A stretch of DNA of 64,000 nucleotides from an uncultured Pseudomonadota bacterium (GTDB taxonomy: Bacteria; Myxococcota_A; Polyangia; Fen-1088), in the NCBI GenBank assembly GCA_963847705.1, contig CAWKBC010000014.1:1-64000 (forward strand), read 5' to 3'. The translations under genes and the position numbers were made by a program. Shown here one piece after another: positions 10,716 through 20,958 of the stretch. Below the pieces are notes generated by a model. The model was not told where the DNA came from. It saw only the letters and a list, made by a program, of their open reading frames with translations, and did no database searches. Numbering within the stretch: the stretch's first letter is position 1; the number at the start of each line of letters is the position of its first letter.

Positions 10716-11752
10716 GCGGCGAGCTCCCGCCGCGCGGCCTTTCGGCGCCTCCGTTCGCTCATGCAGGCCTCGCCGACCAGCAGCAGGAAGGCCGGCAGCA
10801 GCAGGAGCTCGAAGATCTCGTCGTACTCGCGGACCACGCGGGCCTCGTTCTCGGTCCGCTTGAGGCCGGACAGCGCGCGCTCGACGTCCTCCACGCCGAA
10901 CCGCTTGGCGTCGGCGTGAAAGTACTCGCCGCCGGTCTTGCGGGCGATCTCGGCCAGCGCGTCCTCCGCGAGGCGTGAGGTGACGTAGTGGCCGTCGGCG
11001 TCCTTCACGTAGCCGGTCACCTTCCCCTGCTCGTCGTATTCGGGGATGAGCTCGCCCGAGCGCGAGCCGATGCCGACGGTGAAGATCTTCACCCCCAGCT
11101 TCGACGCCTCCTCGGCGGCCTCCAGCGGCTCGCTGTCGTTGTCCTCGCCGTCGGTGAGCAGCAGGATCGCCTGTCCGCGGGTGGCGCCCCCCTTCACCCG
11201 CAGCGCGGTCAGCTGTTCGAGCGCGCTCTTGATGGCCCGCCCGATCGCCGTCCCGCCGACCGGCATGTCCCAGGGGCCGAGATCGCGCCAGAACAGCTTC
11301 ACCGCCGCGTAGTCGGTGGTGGGCGGATAGGTCAGGCTCTCGCCCGCGAAGGCGACCACGCCCACGCGATCCCCCGCCAGACCGTCGAGCAGCTGCTCGA
11401 GCTCGCGCTTGGCGCGCTCCAGCCGGGACGGGTAGACGTCCTTGGCCAGCATCGAGCGCGAAAAATCGAGCGCCACCACCAGGTCGAGCCCGCGCTGCTG
11501 GGCCACGCGGGCGCGCCCTCCGGCCTGCGGCCGCGCCAGCGCCAGCGCCATCAGGGCCAGCGCCGTCACCACCAGCGCCGCGCGCACCACCTTGCGGGAG
11601 ACCGAGACGGTCGCCGACATCAGCGCGATGAGCGCGGGGTCGCCGAGGCGCCCGAGCCGCCGCCGCCGCGAGGCGAAGCCGAGGCCATAGGCGAGCACCG
11701 CCGCCGGAACGGCGAGCAGCAACCAGAGCGCGTGGGGGTTGGCGAAGCGCAT
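10712..11752 (-). CDS. batB: BatB-like VWA domain protein
   Basis: MRFANP N-terminus, ALARPQ, MIDAS DFSRSM, LLTDGED. Confidence 0.88.
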   Translation of the reverse strand: MRFANPHALWLLLAVPAAVLAYGLGFASRRRRLGRLGDPALIALMSATVSVSRKVVRAALVVTALALMALALARPQAGGRARVAQQRGLDLVVALDFSRSMLAKDVYPSRLERAKRELEQLLDGLAGDRVGVVAFAGESLTYPPTTDYAAVKLFWRDLGPWDMPVGGTAIGRAIKSALEQLTALRVKGGATRGQAILLLTDGEDNDSEPLEAAEEASKLGVKIFTVGIGSRSGELIPEYDEQGKVTGYVKDADGHYVTSRLAEDALAEIARKTGGEYFHADAKRFGVEDVERALSGLKRTENEARVVREYDEIFELLLLPAFLLLVGEACMSERRRRKAARRELAA

Positions 11753-11754
11753 GG

Positions 11755-12912
11755 TCAGGGGATCCGTTGGAAGCGGGTGAGGCGCAGCGCCAGCTCGAGC
11801 AGCAGCAGCGCGAACGCCACCAGCAGGAAGCGCCGGTAGAGCTCCTTGTAGAGCGTCCCCCGGTCGTGAATGCGCGACTTCTGGAGGTCCTCGAGGATCT
11901 TCTGGAACCGCTCGGCGAGCGCGCGCGTGTCGGTCGCCAGGTAGGGCGTCCCGCCGGTCATCGAGGCGATCTCCTCGAGCAGCTTGGGGTTGACCGGTTG
12001 CCGCTGGGGCCCGGCGTGGGTGGCCGTCGCCTCGCCGTCGCTGTTCCCGGCCAGCACCGTGTAGATCTTCACCCCCAGCGTCTGCGCGTAGCGGGCGGCC
12101 TGCTCGGGCGCGATGTTGCCGGCGTTGTTCTCACCGTCGGTGAGCACGATGATCACCTTCGACTTGGCCTCCGACTTGCGGAGCCGGTTGAGCGCCACGC
12201 CGATCCCGTTTCCGATCGCCGTGGCCCGCCCGTCGATGATCCCCACGTGCAGATCGGCCAGCATGCGCAGGAAGGTCCCATGGTCGAGGGTGAGCGGGAT
12301 GTCCGTGAAGGCCTCGCGTCCGAAGATCACCAGGCCGATGCGATCGGAGGGCCGCCGCCGCACGAAGTCCTGGATGACCATCTTGGCCGCTTCCATCCGG
12401 TTGGGCACGAGGTCGGTCTCGGTCATCGAGCCCGAAAGGTCGAGCGCGATGACGATGTCGATCCCCTCGAGCTCGAGGTCGTCCGTCACCTGCGTGCTCT
12501 CGGGCCGGGCCAGCGCCACGCCGATGAGGACCAGGGCGCCGAGGCGCAGCACCGCCGGCAGATCGCGCAGGCGGGCGACCAGGCCAGGGCGCTCCGCGCC
12601 GAGCTCCGCCGCGCGCGAATAGACGAAGAGGCCACGCCGGTCGGGCGCGCGCGCCAGGCCCGCCCAGGCTGCCAGCGCCACCGCCGGCGGAATCAACGCC
12701 AGCGCGAAGGGGTGCGCGAAGCGGAAGCCCTCCACGTCGCGCAGGAGCGCGAAGTACGCGGCGGCGAGCGGCACGAAGACGATGGCGATCAGCGCATAGG
12801 GGATGGCGCCCCGCCGAGGCCGGAGCCCGACCGGCTGGCGGGCGTCGCGCCCGCGGGCGTCCGACCTGCGCACCTTCGATGGCCGCACCTTGGGCTGGCG
12901 CGTGTCAGACAT
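11755..12912 (-). CDS. batA: BatA-like VWA domain protein
   Basis: ALARP, GIDIVIALDLSGSM, PLTLDH, SKVIIVLTDGENNAG. Confidence 0.9.
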   Translation of the reverse strand: MSDTRQPKVRPSKVRRSDARGRDARQPVGLRPRRGAIPYALIAIVFVPLAAAYFALLRDVEGFRFAHPFALALIPPAVALAAWAGLARAPDRRGLFVYSRAAELGAERPGLVARLRDLPAVLRLGALVLIGVALARPESTQVTDDLELEGIDIVIALDLSGSMTETDLVPNRMEAAKMVIQDFVRRRPSDRIGLVIFGREAFTDIPLTLDHGTFLRMLADLHVGIIDGRATAIGNGIGVALNRLRKSEAKSKVIIVLTDGENNAGNIAPEQAARYAQTLGVKIYTVLAGNSDGEATATHAGPQRQPVNPKLLEEIASMTGGTPYLATDTRALAERFQKILEDLQKSRIHDRGTLYKELYRRFLLVAFALLLLELALRLTRFQRIP

Positions 12913-13915
12913 GCGCCGCCTCGGCCACGCCGCCGGCGGTCCCGGCGGGCGCCAGCACCGGACGCGTCGCGGCGACGATCCGGATCGCGCTCTCCAGCGC
13001 CCCGCGGGCCTCGGTGGCGCTGGGCGAAATCTTGGCGAACTTCACCAGGTCACAGGCCGAGAGCCACCCCTGGATTTCGCCCAGAAACAGCTCGCGGCCG
13101 GCCTGCCGCTGCAGCTCCGCGATCAGCTCGTCGGTGGTCAGCTCGAGCGAGTCGAAGCCGTACCGGCCGCCCAGGTAATCGCGGATGATCTCGGAGACCG
13201 CGAAGTAGAAGGGGCGGTTGTCGGCGTTCTCCAGGAAGCCGTAGGCCCCCAGCCGGTCGAGCCTCTCCATCGCCACCTCGTGCGCCGGCCGCGGTGGCGG
13301 ACCTGGCCGCTCGCCGCGGCGCGCGCGCAGCCGGCGGACGATCAGCATCGTCAGCAGCGCGCCCAGCCCCGCGGCGCAGAGGCCGCCCGCGATGTAGGCC
13401 GGCCAGAGGTTCTCCTCCATCACCGTCACCGGCGGCGCCGCATCCTTTATCGCCGGCTCCGGCTCGTTGGCGGTGAGGCTGCCGATCTTCACCGTGACCG
13501 GCGCCGTGCGCGCCGTCCGGACATCGCCGCGCGGGCCGAGGTAGGTCACCTCCAGCGCCGGCACCTGCTTGGACCCCGGCTCGTAGGCGGCGATGGTCAG
13601 CGTGAACTGCCGCTTGATCCGCCCGTCGCCCAGGTTCTGCTCGCTCTCTTGCCGATCGAGCAGCGAGAACGGCCCCAGCTCCAGCGTCGACGGCAGATTC
13701 ACCGGGACGGCGCTCTTGCCGATGGCCACCAGCTCGAGGTGGATTGGATCGCCGACGTGCGCCTCGGCGCGATCGACGCGCGCCGCGACGGTTGGCGCAT
13801 CGGGATCGGGCGCCTCGGCTGCAGCCCCACCATCGCTGGCGGCGGCGCGCGAGACGCCGACCGCGCAGAGGCCAGTCCAGCCGCCGAGCAGGAGCAGCGC
13901 CGTGCGCGCTCTCAA
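12905..13915 (-). CDS. Bat-cluster single-pass membrane protein
   Basis: Signal peptide, Ig-like domain, TM helix, then ISEIIRDY...ELTTDE...DLVKFAK-type motif of the gene usually found between DUF58 and batA. Confidence 0.75.
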   Translation of the reverse strand: MRARTALLLLGGWTGLCAVGVSRAAASDGGAAAEAPDPDAPTVAARVDRAEAHVGDPIHLELVAIGKSAVPVNLPSTLELGPFSLLDRQESEQNLGDGRIKRQFTLTIAAYEPGSKQVPALEVTYLGPRGDVRTARTAPVTVKIGSLTANEPEPAIKDAAPPVTVMEENLWPAYIAGGLCAAGLGALLTMLIVRRLRARRGERPGPPPRPAHEVAMERLDRLGAYGFLENADNRPFYFAVSEIIRDYLGGRYGFDSLELTTDELIAELQRQAGRELFLGEIQGWLSACDLVKFAKISPSATEARGALESAIRIVAATRPVLAPAGTAGGVAEAAHV

Positions 13916-14796
13916 TGTCGCATCCTCCGGGCGCGCGACTCGAAGAAGGTCGTCAGCGCCGGCAGGTAGGGACGATCGGTCCCGAGCTCGATGGGGTCCA
14001 TGGAGAGCCGCTTGAAAAGCGCCCGGCGCGCCTCGGCCGCCTGGCGCACGCCACGCGCGAAGGCCTTGGCCTCCGGTCCCCCCGTGTCGAACACCAGCAC
14101 CTCGCCGGTCTCGGGATCCTCGAGCTCGACCAGGCCGACGTTCGGCAGCGCCTCCTCCAGCGGATCCCCGATGCGCACCGGGATCAGATCGTGGCGGCGC
14201 GCCGTGATGCGCAAGGCCCGCTCGTAGCTGTCGACCGGCGCCAGGAAATCGGAGATCAGGAACGCCACCGCCTTCCGCCGCACCACGTGGCTGAGAAACT
14301 CCAGCCCGGCGCCGAGCGAGGTCCGCTTGCTCTTTTCTTGGAACGAAAGTATCTCGCTCACCACCCGCAGCACGTGCCGTTTGCCCTTCTTGGGCGGCAC
14401 GAACTTCTCCACCTCGTCGGTGAAGATGATGAGGCCGACGCGGTCGTTGTTGCGGATGGCCGAGAAGGCCAGCACCGCCGCCAGCTCGGCGGTCAGATCG
14501 CGCTTCTGCCGCACCCGCGAGCCGAACCGCCCCGAGGCCGACATGTCGACCAAGAGGAGCACGGTCATCTCCCGCTCCTCGGTGAAGAGCTTCACGTAGG
14601 TGTCGTTCATGCGCGCCGACACGTTCCAGTCGATGAGGCGTATCTCGTCGCCCGGGATGTACTGGCGGACTTCGGAAAAGGAAATGCCCCGCCCCTTGAA
14701 GACGGAGTGGTACTGCCCCGCCATCCGATCGCGCACCAGGCGCTCGGTGACGATCTCGATCTTGCGGATGCGCTTGAGAACCTCGCGCGGCAGCAT
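13912..14796 (-). CDS. DUF58 domain protein (MoxR partner)
   Basis: YHSVFKGRGISFSEVRQYIPGDEIRLIDWNVSAR and VDMSAS motifs. Confidence 0.93.
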   Translation of the reverse strand: MLPREVLKRIRKIEIVTERLVRDRMAGQYHSVFKGRGISFSEVRQYIPGDEIRLIDWNVSARMNDTYVKLFTEEREMTVLLLVDMSASGRFGSRVRQKRDLTAELAAVLAFSAIRNNDRVGLIIFTDEVEKFVPPKKGKRHVLRVVSEILSFQEKSKRTSLGAGLEFLSHVVRRKAVAFLISDFLAPVDSYERALRITARRHDLIPVRIGDPLEEALPNVGLVELEDPETGEVLVFDTGGPEAKAFARGVRQAAEARRALFKRLSMDPIELGTDRPYLPALTTFFESRARRMRH

Positions 14797-14799
14797 CGC

Positions 14800-15783
<984 letters not shown>

Positions 15784-15893
15784 TTTCCCTCGGTTTTCGG
15801 TGTCTTCGGATGGGCGCGGCTTGGCGCGGCGCGCAGCTTACAACTCCGAGGCCGCCTAGGATATTTCCACTTCATGTGCTAGCTAAGGCCGCC

Positions 15894-16088
15894 ATGAGCC
15901 AGAGCGATACGAAGAACAGCCGCCTCTTCGACAAGCGCACGGTCGAGCGCAACATCAAGAAGGGGCTCATCGGCCGCAAGGACTACGAAAAGCACATCAA
16001 GACGCTGGAAGACGTCGCCGGCAAGGGTCTCTACGGCGTCCCCGAAGGCAAGGCGGACGACGACGCCGGCGCCGAAGCCGGCGAATAG
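15894..16088 (+). CDS. Small hypothetical protein (64 aa)
   Basis: Codon usage typical of real genes; SRLFDKRTVERNIKKG...YEKHIKTLED. Confidence 0.7.
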   Translation: MSQSDTKNSRLFDKRTVERNIKKGLIGRKDYEKHIKTLEDVAGKGLYGVPEGKADDDAGAEAGE

Positions 16089-16113
16089 GGCCCGAAAATC
16101 GCCGCGCGGGCGA

Positions 16114-16142
16114 TTGAAACCTCAGCCGGGCGTGCGTAACCT
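16114..16142 (+). promoter_or_regulatory. Sigma70-type promoter, probably giving a leaderless mRNA
   Basis: TTGAAA(16114)-17 nt-TAACCT(16137), then 7 nt to ATG 16150; no Shine-Dalgarno. Confidence 0.6.
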
Positions 16143-16149
16143 TCCCCCC

Positions 16150-16605
16150 ATGGCGAGTGGCGAATCGAAACCACCGGGGGGATTCACGGTCACCGATCGG
16201 CGGTCGTTCACCGACGAGGCAGGCGCGCGTGATGAGGCGCCGGCCGGACCTCCGCCGGCCGGACCTCCGCCGGCCGGAGCTCCGCCGGCCGGACCTCCGA
16301 ATGTTGCGCAGGGGACGACCTCGGCGGGCGTGACCGCGGAGGCCCCGGTCGCGGCGTTTCCCCCGGTCGACTTTCACACCTTCGTGCTCTCGCTCGGGAG
16401 CTCCGCGCTCCTGCACCTCGGCGAGATCGAGAATCCCAACGACGGCGTCTCGCAGAAGGATCTGCCGCTCGCCAAGCACACCATCGACATCCTGGTGATG
16501 CTCGAGGAGAAGACCAAGGGGAACCTCTCCAGCGCCGAGGAGAGGCTGATGGAGAGCCTCCTCTACGATCTCCGCCTGCGGTACGTCGAGGCGATGAAGG
16601 CCTAG
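16150..16605 (+). CDS. DUF1844 domain protein
   Basis: GFTVTDRR, FVLSLGSSALLHLG...AKHTIDIL.MLEEKTKGNL...LYDLRLRYV. Confidence 0.85.
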   Translation: MASGESKPPGGFTVTDRRSFTDEAGARDEAPAGPPPAGPPPAGAPPAGPPNVAQGTTSAGVTAEAPVAAFPPVDFHTFVLSLGSSALLHLGEIENPNDGVSQKDLPLAKHTIDILVMLEEKTKGNLSSAEERLMESLLYDLRLRYVEAMKA

Positions 16606-16617
16606 CGCCCGCCTGAC

Positions 16618-17355
16618 TCAACCGAAGTAGCTGGTGTGCAACACGTCGGAGACGACGTTGCAGAGCGCGTGGAAGGTGGCGCCGGCGGCGATCGAACCGG
16701 TCCGCGCCCGCATCCAGCCGAACACCAGCGCGGGGAAGAAGACCGCCAGCCGCTGCGGGTTGGGGATGACCAGCAGGTGTCCCAGCGCGAACAGCGCGCT
16801 CGAGACGACCAGCGCCCAGCCGACCCTGGCGCCGAACAGGTTCTTCGTGGGCGGCCAGACCTGCTCCAGCCGCTCCATCAGGTAGCCCCGGAAGAACAGC
16901 TCCTCGGGGATGGCCACGACCACCAGCTGGCTGAAGGCGAGCAGCAGAAAGCGGGGCGGCAATCGCAGGTGGCCGCCCGCCGCCCCCAGCCAGTGCCGGC
17001 AGAGCCCGCCGAAGAGGTGGGTCATCTGGTTCGCCGGGATGGTGCAGACGTGGCCGTAAAACAGGAAGAACCCCGCCGTGAACGCCGGAATGGTGAGCGC
17101 CACGAACACCCCCAGCACCGCCAGGTTGAGCCCGACCGGTTCGGCCCGGAGCCCGGCCTCGGCGTAGTCGAACTCGCGCCCTGCCCGACGGGCCGCGAAG
17201 GCCGGCGTATAGAGAAAAATGAGGGCGATGGGGGCGTGGAGGTTGTCCCGCACGAACGGCTCGACCGCCCCCAGCGCAGCCAGCGCCGCCGCCAGCGCCG
17301 TCGCGGCTGCGAATGCCCAGAGCGGCTCGCGAAGCCCGGCCGACGTGCGTCCCAC
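16618..17355 (-). CDS. CPBP (type II CAAX) glutamic intramembrane protease, myxosortase-like
   Basis: EELFFRG, FALGH and HALCN motifs plus 'RLAVFFPALVFGWMR'. Confidence 0.85.
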   Translation of the reverse strand: MGRTSAGLREPLWAFAAATALAAALAALGAVEPFVRDNLHAPIALIFLYTPAFAARRAGREFDYAEAGLRAEPVGLNLAVLGVFVALTIPAFTAGFFLFYGHVCTIPANQMTHLFGGLCRHWLGAAGGHLRLPPRFLLLAFSQLVVVAIPEELFFRGYLMERLEQVWPPTKNLFGARVGWALVVSSALFALGHLLVIPNPQRLAVFFPALVFGWMRARTGSIAAGATFHALCNVVSDVLHTSYFG

Positions 17356-17392
17356 GGCGAAGGACTCTAGCGCGGAACGCGCGCCGGTTGCT

Positions 17393-17692
17393 CTAACGAC
17401 GCCCGAAGGCGCCGAGGGAGGCCATCGCCGCCGCCGCGGCGCGGGTGGCGCCGCGCAGGCGATCGGCGGCCGTCGTCTCGGGCGTGCCGTCGGCGCTCCG
17501 CAACGATTTCAGGATCGCGTCCAGCTCCCCTTCCAGGCTGGAGAGCGCCGCCCGGCTGTCGCGCAGCGCCGTCGCCAGCGTGGTCGACCGCAGGAGCGGA
17601 GCTTCGCTCCGGCGCACTGTGACGCGTGAACGCGCCGGGACGCGGCGGGTGCGATGCCCGGGCGCGGCGACGGTGCGTCGACGTTGGCTCAT
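17393..17692 (-). CDS. Hypothetical protein, basic N-terminus and coiled coil
   Basis: Fills the gap between two co-directional genes; ATG start. No family recognised. Confidence 0.45.
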   Translation of the reverse strand: MSQRRRTVAAPGHRTRRVPARSRVTVRRSEAPLLRSTTLATALRDSRAALSSLEGELDAILKSLRSADGTPETTAADRLRGATRAAAAAMASLGAFGRR

Positions 17693-17761
17693 GCGTGCAC
17701 ATGAGGATTGGCCTCGAAGCCAACGCTGTCAATTTATTGCCCGCACTTCGCGGGGCCTGGC

Positions 17762-19294
17762 TTACCGCTTCGGGGGTCGCGTCCGTCCGAGCAGGTAGCG
17801 CCGCGAGGGATCGACGACCACGCCGGGACCGAGCGCCGTCCGGCCGACGAGCATCGGGAACAGCATGTCGCCTCGATCGGTGAGGGTGACGGTGATGCGA
17901 CGCTCGAACGGACCGAGCTTGAGCGTCGTCTCGATGACCGGCCGCCGTTCGGTCCGCCCCGAGGTGTCGCGCACCATCGCGAACCCACGCACCGTCGCGC
18001 GCACGACGTGCGGCTTCTCCCCCCGGCGGCCACCCGGCACGGTGATCTCCAGGATGGGGCGGCGGTTCGGACCGCCGGCAGTGTCGATCGTCCGCATCCG
18101 CATCACGTGGAGCGCCGAGGTGCGCGCGCCGGTGTCGATCTTGGCCTTGAGCCGTTTGATCTCCAGCCGCGGCAGCGCCACGTGCTCGACCCACCCGATC
18201 CGCGTCTTGCCGTCGATCTCGGCGCGCGGCTCGACCGCTTCGCCGATCGCCGGCTTCCCCCGCGGCGGCGACCCGAGCGCCGCCGCGGGCGACGCAACGA
18301 TCGCAAACAGGGTTGTTCCTCCGCGAACGAAACCGGCCGCGGCCGCTTCGATCACCATGCCTCCGATCGGGGCGACCACCGTGACCGGCGGCCCGGGGAG
18401 CGCAGGCTCGACCCGCCCCAGGAGCGCCCGGGCGCGGACCGCGCTCCCGGCCTCGACCGGGGCCTCCAGGAACCCGTCGGAGGGCGCGCGCACCCGCACC
18501 GCGCGCGCCGGAACGCCGGCGCCGCCGGAGCCGCGAAGAAGCTGCGGAGAAGCCGGCCACCCGCCGCCCTGGGCGGCCTCGGGCGCGTCGTGCGCGCCGA
18601 GCACACCCAGCGCCGACAGGAGAGCGCGCGACGATCGCACCAGCGGCTCGGCCGCCGCGGCGTCGACGGAGGCTCCCGCCGCCGACAGTTCGATTGCCAC
18701 CACCTGAGCGGCACCCGCGGCGGTCAGCAGGTCACCGCCTGGCCGCGCCGGCAGCAGCGCCGCCGCTCCGCTCTGCATCGCCAGCCGGCGCACCCGTGGA
18801 TCGTCGAGACGACCGCGCGCGACGACCAGACCCCGGCGCCCGCGGCGTGGCCCGCCGAGCACGATCAGCGCCTGCGCCCCCACGACCACGTCGGAGAAGA
18901 GCGCGAACGCATCGCGGGAGGCGCGCTTTCCCGCGGCGTCTCCCGGAAACGGCAGTGGCGCCGCCGGACGGTTGTGCGCCGCCAGCCGCCCTCCAGCCCG
19001 AAGCACCGGCACCACGACCACGCTCCCCTCCAGCGCCCCGGGGTCCAGGCTGGCCGCCAGGCGGGTGGCGGCGCGTGCGGCCGTCGCCTCGACGCCGCGA
19101 ACGGCCGCCACGACGCTGATCCTCGGCCCCGGCTTGTTGCCCACGATCACCCAGGCGGGAACCGCGCGCTCCGCAGCGCCGGCCGCGCGCGCGCGCGCAG
19201 GCGGCGCCAGCGGGATCCGCACCGCGCGCGCCTCGCCCGGCGCCACCGAGACGCCACCGACCCTGAGACCGCGCGCGGGAAGCTCGACCGCCAT
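17762..19294 (-). CDS. Fusion: degenerate AstE/AspA (M14-like deacylase) domain + RimB-like retropepsin protease domain
   Basis: N-terminus resembles succinylglutamate desuccinylase (VI.G.KPGP.I.V.AA, GSVVVVPV, FPG, VRAPSDG). C-terminus has IGWVEHVALP, AKIDTGARTSALH, ERRPVIET, LTDRGDMLFPMLVGR. Confidence 0.8.
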   Translation of the reverse strand: MAVELPARGLRVGGVSVAPGEARAVRIPLAPPARARAAGAAERAVPAWVIVGNKPGPRISVVAAVRGVEATAARAATRLAASLDPGALEGSVVVVPVLRAGGRLAAHNRPAAPLPFPGDAAGKRASRDAFALFSDVVVGAQALIVLGGPRRGRRGLVVARGRLDDPRVRRLAMQSGAAALLPARPGGDLLTAAGAAQVVAIELSAAGASVDAAAAEPLVRSSRALLSALGVLGAHDAPEAAQGGGWPASPQLLRGSGGAGVPARAVRVRAPSDGFLEAPVEAGSAVRARALLGRVEPALPGPPVTVVAPIGGMVIEAAAAGFVRGGTTLFAIVASPAAALGSPPRGKPAIGEAVEPRAEIDGKTRIGWVEHVALPRLEIKRLKAKIDTGARTSALHVMRMRTIDTAGGPNRRPILEITVPGGRRGEKPHVVRATVRGFAMVRDTSGRTERRPVIETTLKLGPFERRITVTLTDRGDMLFPMLVGRTALGPGVVVDPSRRYLLGRTRPPKR

Positions 19295-19522
19295 CGCGCG
19301 ACCTAGGAACCCAGATCCGCGCGCAGTGCGGTCTCGCGGCGCATGGCTCCCAGTATAGCCACACCGACCTCGCTCCCCCGACATGTCGTCGGGCTCGAAG
19401 TTGACCGGTTTCGAGCTCGCGCGCGGCACTTAGAAAACGGCTCATCGCGGGCCAATTTTTTGACGATTGGGCGTAAGCTAATGCACGAACGGACCGGATA
19501 GCCCGTCTCTGGAGGTCAGATT

Positions 19523-19639
19523 ATGCGTCGGTTGCAGTGTCAGGTCGTGAACGCCATCTTGATCTCCTCGCTGGTCGGCTGCGGGTTCAATCCGGGCAAG
19601 CCCGGCGAGCGAATGACGTACGGACCACCACGACAATAG
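19523..19639 (+). CDS. 38-aa putative mini-lipoprotein or truncated duplicate of the downstream gene's N-terminus
   Basis: GGAGGT RBS; MRRLQCQVVNAILISSLVGCGFNPGKPGERMTYGPPRQ*. Not in the ORF track. Confidence 0.55.
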   Translation: MRRLQCQVVNAILISSLVGCGFNPGKPGERMTYGPPRQ

Positions 19640-19687
19640 GTTAATATGTGGAACGGTCCGGGCTGTCTACTCTTTGGAGGTCACTTG

Positions 19688-20902
19688 ATGCGTAAGCTGC
19701 AACGGCAAATGGTGAGAGCACTTTTGATCTCCTCCATGATTGGCTGCGGATTCAACCCGGGCAAGCCCGGGGAATCGTTGACGGGTGGTGCGGCGAGCTC
19801 CGGAAACGGCACCGGAGCCGGTACCGGAGCCGGCGGCGTGAACGGAAGCGGCACCGGGATCGGATTGACCTCCGGAGGCGGCGGCGACGTCGGCATGGGT
19901 ACCGGCGGGATGAGCTGCGGCCAAAGCAGCACGCCGGTCATGCCGGAGCCGCCGGACATCCTCATCGTGCAGGACAAGTCGGGGTCGATGACCGAGCAGG
20001 CGAACGGTTGTTGCTGCGGCGCCGGCGCCAACAACAATTGTGGGAATGGCACCTGCACCGGGAATAGCGCCTGCGGCGCCAACTCGAAGTGGGCGCAGGT
20101 GTCGGCCGCGATGGACACGGTCGTCATGACGACTCAGGGGAACGTCAACTGGGGGCTCATCTTCTTCGCCAGCGACAACATGTGCGGCGTCGGTTCGACG
20201 CCGAACGTGGCGATCGCAGCCAACAACTACACGGCGATCTCGCAGGCCTACGCCAACGGCAACCCCAGCAGCTACACGCCGACCGAGTCGGCGGTGAACG
20301 CCGCCGCCGCTTACATGAAGACCCTGACCGACACGAATCCCAAGTATCTGCTCCTCGCCACCGACGGCCTGCCAAACTGCGGTCCGGGCGCCAAAAGCAC
20401 GACCGCCGACGACTCTCCGGGAGCGACCACCGCCGTCATGAACGCGGCTGCGGCGGGCTTCCCCACCTTCGTCGTGGGGATCGGCGACACCATGGGCGAG
20501 ACCACCCTCAATGGGTTCGCGGTGGCTGGCGGCGAGCCGCAGACGGGCTCGGCGGACGGCAACTCGTTCTACGAGGTCAACAGCACCACCGATCTGGTGA
20601 CCGCCCTCAACAAGATCGTCGGCATCGTGGCCTCCTGCACGATCCCGCTGACCAACGTCCCGCCCGGCCAGACCAACGTCGCCGTCTCCGTCGACGACGC
20701 CTCGGGCAAGGCGACCAAGGTCCCCCAGGACAGCGGCAACGGCTGGTCGTATGTCACCGGCAGCACGACCACGATTCAGCTCAACGGCTCGTACTGCGAC
20801 GGCATCAAGGCCGGGACGTACTCGAACGTCGAGTTCGTCTACGCCTGCGACGGGATGCCGATCTGCATCGACAAGCTGGCTGACGGCAGCTGCGGCGACT
20901 AG
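19688..20902 (+). CDS. Cys-rich VWA-domain lipoprotein (CglB-like family)
   Basis: GGAGGT RBS, lipobox SMIGC, Gly-rich linker, MIDAS DKSGS, LATDGLPNC, TFVVGIG. Confidence 0.8.
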   Translation: MRKLQRQMVRALLISSMIGCGFNPGKPGESLTGGAASSGNGTGAGTGAGGVNGSGTGIGLTSGGGGDVGMGTGGMSCGQSSTPVMPEPPDILIVQDKSGSMTEQANGCCCGAGANNNCGNGTCTGNSACGANSKWAQVSAAMDTVVMTTQGNVNWGLIFFASDNMCGVGSTPNVAIAANNYTAISQAYANGNPSSYTPTESAVNAAAAYMKTLTDTNPKYLLLATDGLPNCGPGAKSTTADDSPGATTAVMNAAAAGFPTFVVGIGDTMGETTLNGFAVAGGEPQTGSADGNSFYEVNSTTDLVTALNKIVGIVASCTIPLTNVPPGQTNVAVSVDDASGKATKVPQDSGNGWSYVTGSTTTIQLNGSYCDGIKAGTYSNVEFVYACDGMPICIDKLADGSCGD

Positions 20903-20958
20903 AGCTACCGCGCCTGATTCGCGGGCCCGGCTGACACCCTCCTGCCCGGAGGTGTGGC

